Positions 36,108 through 47,034 of a stretch of 64,000 bases of DNA are shown one piece after another. Source of the DNA: a virus. The first letter of the stretch is position 1; every line of letters starts with the position of its first letter. The stretch is from the IMG/VR virus record IMGVR_UViG_3300046047_000262; one strand, 5' to 3'. The translations under genes were made by a program, and so were the position numbers. Under the pieces are notes generated by a model. The model did no database searches. It had not been told where the DNA came from and saw only the letters and a list, made by a program, of their open reading frames with translations.

Positions 36108-36695
36108 TCAATTATTTGCCCCGATGCCTGTCCAGCCGTCTTTTTGTCGATAGTATGCATGGGTGCCGATGATGATCTCAGTGAAAATGTTCTGCGCGTT
36201 ATACGTATTGATGAAATCAATGATGATATCAGCAACAGTGTCAGCATCATCATCAGCGATGCCATTGATATCAATGGTTGAAGCTATATTGCCATCAAAG
36301 GAATCAAGCATATTCTCTGTCGGGATGTTACCTCTAAGCCATTCTCGTTCTTCCTCATCGGTACTCCACATCTCTGTGGTTGCCGCAGCATAGACATCCC
36401 CGTTGCATGAGTAGGGTATATGGAGATTATCAATAATAATGGAAGCTACTCTTTTTCGTAATGTTGATCTCCCGTAACGTATCTTCTCTGATAACGCATA
36501 TTCGATTTCCTTATCATGAGGATGCATTCGAAGGTATTGCAAAGACCCCATGGCACTTTTCCTGTTGATGATGTTCTCTTGCTCTTGTAAACGGTCAATA
36601 TTCAGATTCTTGTATTGTGCTGCTCGTTTACGCGATGGTTCCTTAGTCTTCCTGACGAATGCGACTAACTGGTTATCAGAATTCAATGTGTACAT
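36108..36695 (-). CDS. Hypothetical protein
   Basis: AAGGAG SD; 195 aa. Confidence 0.7.
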   Translation of the reverse strand: MYTLNSDNQLVAFVRKTKEPSRKRAAQYKNLNIDRLQEQENIINRKSAMGSLQYLRMHPHDKEIEYALSEKIRYGRSTLRKRVASIIIDNLHIPYSCNGDVYAAATTEMWSTDEEEREWLRGNIPTENMLDSFDGNIASTIDINGIADDDADTVADIIIDFINTYNAQNIFTEIIIGTHAYYRQKDGWTGIGANN

Positions 36696-36808
36696 ACTCC
36701 TTTCATAGCATTATTCTCATCCTCACAGCTTATGATCAGTCAACCCATAATAGTCTCCTCCCAGATACCTACGAAAAACATGATGGAATAACAGTAGTCG
36801 CTTTTTGA

Positions 36809-37879
36809 TTGAATGTCAAGTCCGTATCGAATACTCCTATGATTACCCCCGAATATTCATATGATATAATGTTCGGTATGAATACAGACAATGATAACAA
36901 CACTGATAACAAACATGAGGGCAAGGCCATTGCGGCAGCGTTAGCGGCGAATGCTGGCGTAGCGATAATGAAAGGATTGGTCGCCGCGTTCACAGGATCG
37001 GCATCCATGCTCAGCGAAGCGATTCACTCGGCATCCGATTGCGGTAATGAGATCACCCTGATTATTGGTAAACGAGTAGGCAACAGGAAATCATCGGAAA
37101 AACACCCGTTCGGGTATTCCCGTGCACGATACATAGCATCTCTACTCGTAGCCATCCTGCTGTTCGTACTCGGTGGAGTGTACTCGGTCATGCAATCATG
37201 GTCCAAGCTCATGTTCGTCATGTCATCACCAGAAGCAAGGATCGTACACCCGCATGAACTCCTCATTGCACTGGGCATCGTCATCGTATCAGCGGGACTG
37301 GAAGGATACTCATTACGTAACGGCATCATGGAAGCCAAGGCACAATCGGAAATCAGGGGTGAATCATGGTCGAACGTGTTGTCATTCTGGAAGCACACGA
37401 AATCATCCGAACTCGCCGCTGTGCTCACCGAGGACATCCTTGCTCTTATCGGTCTTGGGCTTGCCGCATTGGGCATCATCGTATCATTGATCACAGGTGA
37501 TGACATGTTCGATGCCATTGGAGGTGTCGCCATTGGTATCCTCCTGATCATCGGAGCATTCCTATTAGGGCAGAAGTCCTCATCCTTACTGATCGGTGAA
37601 GGTATTACCGATCATGAGAGCAAGCTGCTATCAGATGCCATCATGAGTGATTCCCGTGTCCATATGCTGATCAACAAGCAATGCCTACACCTTGCTGAGG
37701 ATGTCGTACTAATCAACGCGAAGATCGAGGTGAATGATGAGATTCACACCGATGATGGCAATGTCATCAACACCATTGAGGATCGTATGCGAGCCGCTGT
37801 TCCATGGTTGAAACTCGAAATCTATATCGAAGTAGATAAATATGACGCTGATTTCGTGTCATCACCCGATGCGTTATGA
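36809..37879 (+). CDS. Cation diffusion facilitator (CDF) transporter
   Basis: SEAIHSASD, HPFGY, TEDILAL; true start probably 36878 after TATAAT. Confidence 0.92.
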   Translation: MNVKSVSNTPMITPEYSYDIMFGMNTDNDNNTDNKHEGKAIAAALAANAGVAIMKGLVAAFTGSASMLSEAIHSASDCGNEITLIIGKRVGNRKSSEKHPFGYSRARYIASLLVAILLFVLGGVYSVMQSWSKLMFVMSSPEARIVHPHELLIALGIVIVSAGLEGYSLRNGIMEAKAQSEIRGESWSNVLSFWKHTKSSELAAVLTEDILALIGLGLAALGIIVSLITGDDMFDAIGGVAIGILLIIGAFLLGQKSSSLLIGEGITDHESKLLSDAIMSDSRVHMLINKQCLHLAEDVVLINAKIEVNDEIHTDDGNVINTIEDRMRAAVPWLKLEIYIEVDKYDADFVSSPDAL

Positions 37880-39115
37880 TGCTGGACATATGGTGACAGG
37901 TGTACCATTCGATGACCCTATATGCGCCAGTTCGAATGATAATGGATGATCCTTACTGACCATCGCCGTGTCACCAGTGTTTCCTTTAATGGTGAAGGAT
38001 GAGCCGTTCCGTTTAATGAGAACGGCTCGTTCCAAACTGATCTTGTCCCAATTGACGTTATCAGAGCATACTATACTACTGAGATCAATGGTTCCAGTCC
38101 ATGGTATGCTCCATTTGGAATCAGTGGTTATCCTGATGTTCACTGGAACGTCCCATGATGATGCACCGTGAGTACCAGTGGTGCTGATGGTGGTAGTGAA
38201 ATGCGAAGCGTCAACGTTCATATCATCAACGTCGGGTTTGATGCTCAGGTATATGGTCTTATCATTCGAGTACTCATTCATGGTTCCATGTATGGTCAGT
38301 ATGCCCGTGTCCTTATTGTACTCATGGGTGAGATTGTTCAGACCACTGACCTGATTGGTATCAGGGTTGATTCCCCAGAATGGTGGTAGTTTCGTATTAA
38401 TGCTTAACGACCATGATGTCTTCTTGCCTGAGTACTGCTGGTTCTTATCGACGCGGATCACGTACTGAAAATCTGGTGAGTTATCGGAATAGTACTGATA
38501 TGAAGCCGTGACTGAGGTCTCCGCCTGATCATTATTGTCAGGTACGGTGCCATCGCCGTCAATGATGTCAGTATCATTGGTATCATCCTGTATTCTCGTC
38601 CATGACCCTTTACCATTGGAACTGGTATACCTGTATGACCATCCAGCGTAGTGCTCGTTAGAACCGTCTATCGTGTACGTGTTATCATTGAGCACACTGA
38701 TGGCAAGCGTGTTACCAGTGGACGTGTGGAACGCCTGAGAGCCGATATAGGCTATGCTGGACGGACCTATCGTCCATGTCTTACCCATGGTGCTGTTAGT
38801 GCTAACCGTGCTATCTGCGACGTTATACGATACTCCTGTGGTGGTATCGTTCACTGGGACTCCTGTGATGGTTATCCCCGATATGGAACCGTTGACGGAT
38901 TGCGTTCCTGTTTCCATGGCAAGTGATGCATTGGATGCATCACTGACGACGGATGCCTTGAAAGCACTGATTTTCTGATTCAAGTATACTGGTATTGCTA
39001 TCGCCGTAAGAATTCCGATGATAATGATGACCACAAGTAATTCTATAAGCGAGAATCCTTCTCGTTTATGGTTCATTCTGAGTTTCCTTAATGTTGATTG
39101 AAGCCGATTATTCAA
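37874..39115 (-). CDS. Type IV pilin with C-terminal beta-rich extension
   Basis: EG-FSLIELLVVIIIIGIL prepilin motif, IPVYLNQ. Confidence 0.9.
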   Translation of the reverse strand: MNNRLQSTLRKLRMNHKREGFSLIELLVVIIIIGILTAIAIPVYLNQKISAFKASVVSDASNASLAMETGTQSVNGSISGITITGVPVNDTTTGVSYNVADSTVSTNSTMGKTWTIGPSSIAYIGSQAFHTSTGNTLAISVLNDNTYTIDGSNEHYAGWSYRYTSSNGKGSWTRIQDDTNDTDIIDGDGTVPDNNDQAETSVTASYQYYSDNSPDFQYVIRVDKNQQYSGKKTSWSLSINTKLPPFWGINPDTNQVSGLNNLTHEYNKDTGILTIHGTMNEYSNDKTIYLSIKPDVDDMNVDASHFTTTISTTGTHGASSWDVPVNIRITTDSKWSIPWTGTIDLSSIVCSDNVNWDKISLERAVLIKRNGSSFTIKGNTGDTAMVSKDHPLSFELAHIGSSNGTPVTICPAS

Positions 39116-39153
39116 ATATCGCGGCTATCAGGATATAACCTGTTATTGATATA

Positions 39154-41580
39154 ATGATGCATAGGAGGAAACACATGACAAGAAAACTCGTACTAGTCGA
39201 ATCACCTACGAAAGCCAAGCACATATCTCAATTCCTAGGCAAGGATTACACGGTAAAAGCCACTAAAGGATATATGTTCGAGCTTATGGATACGAAACGT
39301 ATACCAAAGGATAAGAAACAGGATTACGGTAACTACAGTATAAACGTGAATGATGGCTCATATGATATGCTACTCGATTACGCCCATGATCATGGCAGAT
39401 CGAGCAGGGCGGCAGTAGATGAGATCAGGAAAGCCATCGCTTCCGGAACATATGATGCTATCTACTTCTCCACTGACCCTGATAGGGCTGGGGAAGGCAT
39501 ATCATACCAACTTGTCAATCATCTCCGATCCGTCATCAGTAAATCGGGTATCAAAGTATACAGGGCAACATGGCATGAGATCACGAAGAAAGCCATTGAT
39601 TACGGCATCGCCCACGCTGGGACCATTGATGTGAGCATGGCGCAGGCAGACGAAGCCAGACTCGTATACGATAGGTTGTTCGGGTACAGCGTATCACCAT
39701 ACCTATGGCGTGTCGTCGCATCGGGTACTTCAGGCGGCAGGGCACAATCACCGGCGTTACGACTAGTCGTAGCAAGGGAGAAGGAACGGTTGTCATTCAT
39801 CAGTAGAAGTTATGGTTCCATTGATGCCTTGTTTACAATCAATCATGGTGATGTGAAAGCCCATTTACGTGAGTATGATCATCAGCACATCGCCGGATCA
39901 TCATCATTCGATGATAAGGGCAACGTCAAGGAAGGAACCTTGGTGTTGACCGATGAGAACATGAAACCAGTAGGAAAACGATTGAAAACACTCTCATACC
40001 ACGTGGATTCCGTTACCAAGAAGCCGTACACACGGCGACCATCGGCACCATACACGACATCGACGTTCCAGCAGGATGTGGGTACCAGATTAGGGTTATC
40101 ATCCAAACAACTCATGGGAATAGCCCAGAAACTGTTCGAGGAAGGAATCATCACGTATCATCGTACTGATTCCATCGCATTATCCGATGAGGGCACTAAG
40201 GCCGCAAGGAACGCCGCGATCAGCAAGTATGGAACACCATCCGTACCATCACAGGCTAGAATATACAAGCCTAAGGGCAAGAACACTCAGGAAGGTCATG
40301 AGGCACTCAGACCGGCCACACTTGATAACGGTTCGTTCGCATTGCCGTCAGCGTTGAAATCACGATTGAACGGCATTGACAGGAAAGCATATGACGTGTA
40401 CACGTGTATATGGAATAGAACGGTGGCATCACAGATGAATGATGCCAAGGGTGTCACGACGACGATCAACATCGCAGGCGGGGATGCTGATGCCATGTTC
40501 GCATCCGTGGGCACCGTGTTCTCGGATCTGGGCTGGATGAGACTGACCAAGCCGGTGAACGATAGTGATGATACTAACGCATTGCCTATGGTACATGAGC
40601 ATGATGAAGCGGAGTTGGTGTCCTTGAAACCAAGCATGCATGATACCGAACCACCAGCACGATTCACTGAACCCCAACTTGTAGCGAAGCTTGAGGAACT
40701 TGGTATAGGTCGACCATCCACGTATGCCAGTATAGTTAGTGTGAATCAGGAGCGAGGGTATGTGAAGAAGAAGGGTAAAGCCATGTACCCGACGTTCCGT
40801 GGTATGCAGGTCGCTCAGATCCTTGAATCGAAGTTGTCATCGTTCGTCGATTATGGGTACACTGCTAACATGGAGACCGAGTTGGATAAGATAGAACACG
40901 GTTCCAAGAAGCGTAATGATTTCCTTGATGAGATATGGTCTGGTAAGAAGGGCATCGAGCATAATGTTCTATCCTTGTCAAAAAACATTGATTGGGAGGA
41001 GATCAACGCATACTCGACCATTGATCTTGGTAACGGGTATATCGTACAGGTATCAAGGAATGGTGCTTGGCTTCAGAATCCCGAATCCCCGAAGAATGAA
41101 CAGGGATTCAGAACGGGTGCTAAACTTGATGATGATGCGATGGTAACTGATTTCATGTCCGTTGAGACATGTGTAAGCACGTTATCACAAGCTGCTGACA
41201 GGAATGATAACAGGGAATTAGGCATTTTGTCATCAGGTCCGTATAAGGGTTGGACGGTGACTGTAAGGGATGGTAAGTACGGTGCTTACGCACAAGCGGT
41301 GAAGCCTAAAGCCACGAAGAAGGACAAGCCTGTTAACATGACGTTGACCGAGGGCATGGACATGAGGGCAGTCACTCTTGATGACATCGCTGGACTATTC
41401 GCTGAGACGAAACTTCCACGACAGCTTGGTGAGGGGTTCTTCACTGGAATCGGTAAACGCGGACCATGGATAGGATATAAGAGTAAGCCGAGGGGTAAGG
41501 CGAAGTTCAAGTCCCTACCTGATGGCAATGATCCCAGGACCATTGAGCTTGATACCGCTAAGAGCATCTGGAACTCCTGA
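39154..41580 (+). CDS. topA: DNA topoisomerase I
   Basis: LVESPTKAK, DPDRAGE, GRAQS, ITYHRTDS, GIGRPSTY, DGKYGAY actinobacterial-type C-terminal repeats. Confidence 0.95.
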   Translation: MMHRRKHMTRKLVLVESPTKAKHISQFLGKDYTVKATKGYMFELMDTKRIPKDKKQDYGNYSINVNDGSYDMLLDYAHDHGRSSRAAVDEIRKAIASGTYDAIYFSTDPDRAGEGISYQLVNHLRSVISKSGIKVYRATWHEITKKAIDYGIAHAGTIDVSMAQADEARLVYDRLFGYSVSPYLWRVVASGTSGGRAQSPALRLVVAREKERLSFISRSYGSIDALFTINHGDVKAHLREYDHQHIAGSSSFDDKGNVKEGTLVLTDENMKPVGKRLKTLSYHVDSVTKKPYTRRPSAPYTTSTFQQDVGTRLGLSSKQLMGIAQKLFEEGIITYHRTDSIALSDEGTKAARNAAISKYGTPSVPSQARIYKPKGKNTQEGHEALRPATLDNGSFALPSALKSRLNGIDRKAYDVYTCIWNRTVASQMNDAKGVTTTINIAGGDADAMFASVGTVFSDLGWMRLTKPVNDSDDTNALPMVHEHDEAELVSLKPSMHDTEPPARFTEPQLVAKLEELGIGRPSTYASIVSVNQERGYVKKKGKAMYPTFRGMQVAQILESKLSSFVDYGYTANMETELDKIEHGSKKRNDFLDEIWSGKKGIEHNVLSLSKNIDWEEINAYSTIDLGNGYIVQVSRNGAWLQNPESPKNEQGFRTGAKLDDDAMVTDFMSVETCVSTLSQAADRNDNRELGILSSGPYKGWTVTVRDGKYGAYAQAVKPKATKKDKPVNMTLTEGMDMRAVTLDDIAGLFAETKLPRQLGEGFFTGIGKRGPWIGYKSKPRGKAKFKSLPDGNDPRTIELDTAKSIWNS

Positions 41581-41612
41581 CATGCTATGATGACGATAAG
41601 AGAAAGGATCTG

Positions 41613-43469
41613 ATGATGTTCGATGATGTCATAGGACTGCATGATGATTTTGCCAAGGAGCTTATCCATAATGAGACGATAACGGATCCATCATTATTCG
41701 CACATGAGATGAACATGCGTGATTACACTCATGAGAACAGTCCGAAACGTATTCGTGAACTTGATAAGACCATGAATAGTCTGGTATTCGCTTTGACGAC
41801 CAGTCCATCACTGATGATCATGGTCAGTGGTCATCGACATGTCGGTCGTACGTATGCGGTGGAATCATTATCTTGGAATTGCTATCATGGTATCAGGGTT
41901 CCCGCTTTTCTTGCCGGTCGTAAGATATACGAGGTTGATCCGGAGGTCGTTGATGGTGATGATACCAAGTCAGCGGCTTGGAACAGGTTCCTTAAAGGCG
42001 GGTATGATGCGGGCATCATTCTGCATACCGATGATTTCTCGGTTGCATCCGATATCGTGAACTCACGAACGAAGACACCTGTCATCTTGGAAGCGGAGTT
42101 GAAATCAGTACTGATGAACAAGCTCTGCGAGGATAAGGATATGAGATTCGTCACGATCAAACCAGTGAACAGGGTATCTCATCAGGTGGGGATCATCAGA
42201 CGGATACTGGGTAATGATACAGGATTCATGAAACGTTTCGGTTATATACCATCCGACAGTGTGCTTACTCGATGCGTACAGATCATTGCTCTGAACGCTG
42301 ATCTGGATACGTTCAAGCCGGATGATGTCATTGAACTGGTTGAGGAGATGGTAACCGCTTACATAGTTCAGGATGATCGCGGTGGTAAGCAGATGGATAC
42401 CCGTTTCGTGAATACGTTCGTATCGAATACCTATGGTGTTCAAGCGACCGATATCAGGAACATCAGGATCATACCTGATCATGTTGAAGTTGACGATGTT
42501 GAGCATCATGGTGATGGTACTACGGGTTCGGGTACGTTTACCACGGATTCGTTGACCAGCAAACTGCAGTCAATGGTCATAGGTCAGGATGATGCGATAG
42601 CAAGGATAGCACCATGTATCATCAGGCACCAAGTAGGATTGGCTGATACGCATAAACCGATAGGAAGCTTCCTTCTTGCCGGTCCATCTGGGGTAGGTAA
42701 GACGGAGACTGCTAAGGCATTGGCGAAAGTGCTATTCGGTTCAGAGGATAACATGATTCGCATAGATTGCTCGGAACTGTATGCGCCGCATATGGTTTCC
42801 AGATTACTTGGAGCTCCGCAAGGATACGTGGGGTATGGTTCAGGTGGTCAGTTAAGCAACTTCCTGTTGAAGCATCATGATAGTGTCATCCTGTTCGATG
42901 AGATCGAGAAGGCTCATCCAAGCATATATGATAGTGTGTTACTGCAGATGTTGGATGCTGGCCGTGTGACATCCAGTCAGGATGGTGTCATTGATTGCAG
43001 TGGTACGCTCATCCTGCTGACATCGAATATAGGTTCATCACATGTTGATGATGATGGTATGAAATCCACTGGGTTCAGTAACGCTTCATATGATAGTCAG
43101 ACTATTCTGGAGAAGGATATATCATCTGCGGTAAATCATAATTTCAGGGTGGAGCTTATTAACAGGTTCGATGATGTCATTGTCTACCATCCGTTGACGG
43201 GCGATGCGTTACGGCGGATCTTCAAATTGAAGTGGAATACGATTGAGGAAAGATTAGCTGATCATGGTATTCATGTTGAGATCGAGGAGGATGTATTCAC
43301 TTCCATATCGGCTTCAATGCGAGTCGACAAGTATGGTGCAAGGAATATGCTCAGGGAGATCAACCGAAGAATCGTTGATCCGTTAGCTGATATCATAGCT
43401 GTTAACCCTGACAGGAAGAACTTCAGGATCGTCATGGATGAAACATCACTAAGGATTCTCGATATATAA
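41613..43469 (+). CDS. ClpA/B/C-like ATPase, degenerate D1 and intact D2
   Basis: VIGQDDA, GPSGVGKTE, RIDCSE, FDEIEKAHP, ELINRFD, GARN. Confidence 0.88.
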   Translation: MMFDDVIGLHDDFAKELIHNETITDPSLFAHEMNMRDYTHENSPKRIRELDKTMNSLVFALTTSPSLMIMVSGHRHVGRTYAVESLSWNCYHGIRVPAFLAGRKIYEVDPEVVDGDDTKSAAWNRFLKGGYDAGIILHTDDFSVASDIVNSRTKTPVILEAELKSVLMNKLCEDKDMRFVTIKPVNRVSHQVGIIRRILGNDTGFMKRFGYIPSDSVLTRCVQIIALNADLDTFKPDDVIELVEEMVTAYIVQDDRGGKQMDTRFVNTFVSNTYGVQATDIRNIRIIPDHVEVDDVEHHGDGTTGSGTFTTDSLTSKLQSMVIGQDDAIARIAPCIIRHQVGLADTHKPIGSFLLAGPSGVGKTETAKALAKVLFGSEDNMIRIDCSELYAPHMVSRLLGAPQGYVGYGSGGQLSNFLLKHHDSVILFDEIEKAHPSIYDSVLLQMLDAGRVTSSQDGVIDCSGTLILLTSNIGSSHVDDDGMKSTGFSNASYDSQTILEKDISSAVNHNFRVELINRFDDVIVYHPLTGDALRRIFKLKWNTIEERLADHGIHVEIEEDVFTSISASMRVDKYGARNMLREINRRIVDPLADIIAVNPDRKNFRIVMDETSLRILDI

Positions 43470-43473
43470 ACAG

Positions 43474-43514
43474 TAATGGGCACGAACCCGAAATACCAAG
43501 GTTCGTGCCCATTA
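43474..43514. terminator. Bidirectional terminator
   Basis: TAATGGGCACGAACC...GGTTCGTGCCCATTA between convergent genes. Confidence 0.8.
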
Positions 43515-43530
43515 TCATATGGTGATGCTA

Positions 43531-44763
43531 TCAGTTGCTGGGGGTTAATCCGACAAGTCTGTTACCATTGCCATCACCTGTGCATGTCTGCAGGTAGGTT
43601 CCTGATGATGGTGCTGTAGTCTGGTTGACATTGTTGCTGGTGACCACGTACTTCCTACCATTCACAGTAACCGTTGATCCGAGGGTAAGGTAATTGATAC
43701 GGTTACCACCGGTGTTATTATGCTGGGCGTAGATGTTCGTGTTACCACCATAATAACTGATGTGGGTGAGTCCACCACGATCAACTGCTCCCTGGCATAC
43801 AGGGTCGGCATCATTAGGTGTACAATCCGCTGATGAGGTATAAGAACCGTTGCTCGTATAGGTCCGTGTATACGTTCTACCGGCCTTAGTATATGTTTTC
43901 GTATACGTTCTCTTGGCGGTACCTGTCGTCGACCTTGATGAAGACGATGCCTGCGATCTTGCAGCAGATGCTTGTGCTGCCGCTGCGGCTTGTGCGGCGG
44001 CTACTTGCTCGGCATATTGTTGTTGTGATGATTTCACCTTGTTCATGGAATCGTTTATGGCATTCACATTGGAGTTCATACCGTTAACATCAGATACCTT
44101 AGCATTCAATGAGGTATTTCCTGAGTTAATGGAATTCTGTAATTCTTGGCGAACATTGTTATCAGCTACGTTACCGTTTGATGATGACAAGAGATCATTA
44201 GCGTTCTTCAATGTGCTCGTTAATCCTGATTTCGCGTTATCAACGGTTTTCTCGTACTTGGAATGAGTGGCTGCGGCGGACCACATTCTCAGGTTATCAC
44301 CAGCTGTATCAGCGGCCTTGGTATCCTTGGTAAGTTTATTAGTGGCGTCCTTGATCTGATCAATATCCTTGCCTTCTGTAGTAAGGGTCTTGTATACCGT
44401 TGATTTTGATTCCTTCACCGCTACGGTATTCGCACTCCTCACTTTATTGAGGGCATTGGGATCCTTGACATCACCGTCAGCCCATGTGGTTATAGCTTGG
44501 GTATCCTGTAATGATGCATTCAGATCGTTATGCTCGTCCTTATTAGCTTTAAGAGCCGTACTATAGCTTTTTTGTGCTTCGTTAAGTTGATCGGCATGGA
44601 CTTTCTGCATAGTACCACCAACACATGCGATTAATAACAGTGTTACTGCAGTAGTAATAATGATGGGTTTTCTTTTACTTTTCTTGTGTTCGGTGCTTTC
44701 GAATTCCATCCCCTTGTTTTCTCCTATCATCGGGATCAATAATTGACGGAATGCTAATATCAT
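43531..44763 (-). CDS. Membrane-anchored coiled-coil protein with C-terminal sortase-like domain
   Basis: TM, helical stalk, YAQHN...LQTC...R; start probably 44709. Confidence 0.7.
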   Translation of the reverse strand: MILAFRQLLIPMIGENKGMEFESTEHKKSKRKPIIITTAVTLLLIACVGGTMQKVHADQLNEAQKSYSTALKANKDEHNDLNASLQDTQAITTWADGDVKDPNALNKVRSANTVAVKESKSTVYKTLTTEGKDIDQIKDATNKLTKDTKAADTAGDNLRMWSAAATHSKYEKTVDNAKSGLTSTLKNANDLLSSSNGNVADNNVRQELQNSINSGNTSLNAKVSDVNGMNSNVNAINDSMNKVKSSQQQYAEQVAAAQAAAAAQASAARSQASSSSRSTTGTAKRTYTKTYTKAGRTYTRTYTSNGSYTSSADCTPNDADPVCQGAVDRGGLTHISYYGGNTNIYAQHNNTGGNRINYLTLGSTVTVNGRKYVVTSNNVNQTTAPSSGTYLQTCTGDGNGNRLVGLTPSN

Positions 44764-44795
44764 GGAATGTCGAATAATCGTGTTATCATGAATAT

Positions 44796-45266
44796 ATGAG
44801 CGATAACGAGCATGATCTGATCATTGGCAGGTTCCAGCCCATCCATAACGGGCATGTACGCATCATACGGAATGCGAACTCACCTGTCGTAGCCGTCATT
44901 GGTCATTCCCATGCCGATAAGCGGAACCCATTGTCCTTACCAACTAGGATGAGCATGGTTAAGCGGACGCTTCCCGATGTGACTGTCATCAATGCCGACA
45001 CGGGGTACATTCCAAGCATCATCGAGGATCTGCACGTTCCGATCAGTAGAGTGATAGCAGGTGATGACAGAGCTGATGATTATCGGAACCAGTTATCAAG
45101 GGCGAACATGGATGTTCCGGTAGTGACCATGACAAGGGGCGGTTCGGAATCATCAACCAAGGTCAGGGAGTTGGTCGTTCATGATGATCTGTTGGCGTTC
45201 ATGCGTATGGTGCCTCGGTCAGCATGGTCATCATGGGGTGAGCTCAGGCATATGCTCACATCATGA
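44796..45266 (+). CDS. Cytidyltransferase-like nucleotidyltransferase
   Basis: IGRFQPIHNGH, NPL, AGDDR, SSTKVR. Confidence 0.88.
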   Translation: MSDNEHDLIIGRFQPIHNGHVRIIRNANSPVVAVIGHSHADKRNPLSLPTRMSMVKRTLPDVTVINADTGYIPSIIEDLHVPISRVIAGDDRADDYRNQLSRANMDVPVVTMTRGGSESSTKVRELVVHDDLLAFMRMVPRSAWSSWGELRHMLTS

Positions 45267-45926
45267 ATGATATGAATTATTGATTATAGTATTGAGATTA
45301 GCAGGGGTCTTCATGCGTTTCATCATGTATATGCATGAGAGAAGAGTATCCTCATCATTAACATTGAACGTAGTGATAGCACTTGGTCTGAGTTTGATGC
45401 TGAACCATGCATCCGGTTCGGTCTGATTCGTGAACCTGGGTTCCTCGTTCCGATTACTTATGATCACTGCGGTGCCATCACGCATTGATTGGCAACGATG
45501 CCTGAAATCGTCAATGGCCATATTGAGAGCTTTGTTCACCAGATCAGTATCAGTGGATGTCCATGTCATGGTATCAGGTGCATTCAAGTTGATTGCAAGG
45601 CATAATTGGGCGATGGCAACATTGTCCTCATCAAGGCCAAGGGTATTCACGATGGTAGTACACCGATCAATCTCAGTGTTGATTCGTTCAAGAGTATTCC
45701 GAATGCTCTCAATGTTCGCTTGGGAACTTTCCGCGAAGGAACTGGCTTCATCGTATTCCTTGATGAGCTTCTCGTAATTCTCATCGGAAGGATTCTCCTC
45801 GTAAGCGTTCACACGATTCTCCGCATTGAGAATGTTCGTATGGGCGGCGGCGTCCTTGGTTATCGCCTCATTCAGATCCTTCTCCTTACGATCACGACGA
45901 TTACGCATGGCATCCAGCTCGGTCAT
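45261..45926 (-). CDS. Coiled-coil hypothetical protein
   Basis: 221 aa; AAGGAA SD. Confidence 0.7.
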   Translation of the reverse strand: MTELDAMRNRRDRKEKDLNEAITKDAAAHTNILNAENRVNAYEENPSDENYEKLIKEYDEASSFAESSQANIESIRNTLERINTEIDRCTTIVNTLGLDEDNVAIAQLCLAINLNAPDTMTWTSTDTDLVNKALNMAIDDFRHRCQSMRDGTAVIISNRNEEPRFTNQTEPDAWFSIKLRPSAITTFNVNDEDTLLSCIYMMKRMKTPANLNTIINNSYHS

Positions 45927-46053
45927 ATACAGGTTCCTTTCATTGTATCCTAGGTTTATTGTACCAGGTTCTCATGAATGTGAACATGATGTTACCTTGA
46001 TTGCATGCTATACTGGATGTAGATAATCACATTGAAGGAGGCATACGTACAAC

Positions 46054-47034
46054 ATGGTTCATGTGGATACCATAACACAGCACGGCGAGGCGTCATTGAA
46101 AGCCGTGAAAGCCTCATGCGAACTTAATAAGGATATCACTGAAGCAGTAGGGAAGAACAAACTGTGGCGAAGGATACATCCTATAGATAAGCATAGGATC
46201 GATGAACTCTGGTCAACCATGGACGCATTGGGATGGGCATGGGTGACCGTCACTTGGAATGATGAGCGACCAGGAAGATTGTACGCGGTGACCATACCCG
46301 ACATGCCTTCCAGTGATGGTGATGCGGTGAGCAACCCCATGGATACGAAACATACGGACTCATTATCCGATGCGTACATGGTGAAAGTATCCATTGAACA
46401 ATCATTGATATCCAGGACGGCAACTGAACTCGGTATGGTACCAGCTGAGATCACCGCCACGAACATCGGTTCCCTGCGTGATGATATCCACGGTTCCTCA
46501 ACCATACTCTGGTGTTGCACCCGTCCCAATGATAATATAGCATTCGAACCCAGGGTACAGGCATGGTTGATGTCATTGTCATCACAATCGTACACGGATG
46601 CGTACTGGGATCCTGATTATGAGAACAGGATGCTCAAACTGGAATCTCACTGGTCGTATGCAGACGATGATATCATCGGCGGACTCATAGAATTCCAAGG
46701 CGATGCTAAACGGATCGGTGTGGATACGCTACCCTTGCAGAAAGCCATGGATAAGGTCATGTCGAATCCTGCGATCATGTCATCACCTGCCGATAATGCC
46801 GAGATCGCGGCTGATATTCACAGGTTGGACTCGGCTGCCGTCAACATTCTCAGCATCATGTCAACATCACATGATGGCATTGATGACACGTTACAACAAT
46901 TCTCACACGCCATGGAATCCTTCATCAAGAAACTCGGTAAGTACGGAATCGTACATACCATAAGCGATGAGATCAACGTCCGTGCGGCGTTATCAGCATT
47001 CAATGATGTTGATAATCTGAACGGCGATATGTGA
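46054..47034 (+). CDS. Hypothetical protein
   Basis: AGGAGG SD; 326 aa. Confidence 0.75.
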   Translation: MVHVDTITQHGEASLKAVKASCELNKDITEAVGKNKLWRRIHPIDKHRIDELWSTMDALGWAWVTVTWNDERPGRLYAVTIPDMPSSDGDAVSNPMDTKHTDSLSDAYMVKVSIEQSLISRTATELGMVPAEITATNIGSLRDDIHGSSTILWCCTRPNDNIAFEPRVQAWLMSLSSQSYTDAYWDPDYENRMLKLESHWSYADDDIIGGLIEFQGDAKRIGVDTLPLQKAMDKVMSNPAIMSSPADNAEIAADIHRLDSAAVNILSIMSTSHDGIDDTLQQFSHAMESFIKKLGKYGIVHTISDEINVRAALSAFNDVDNLNGDM

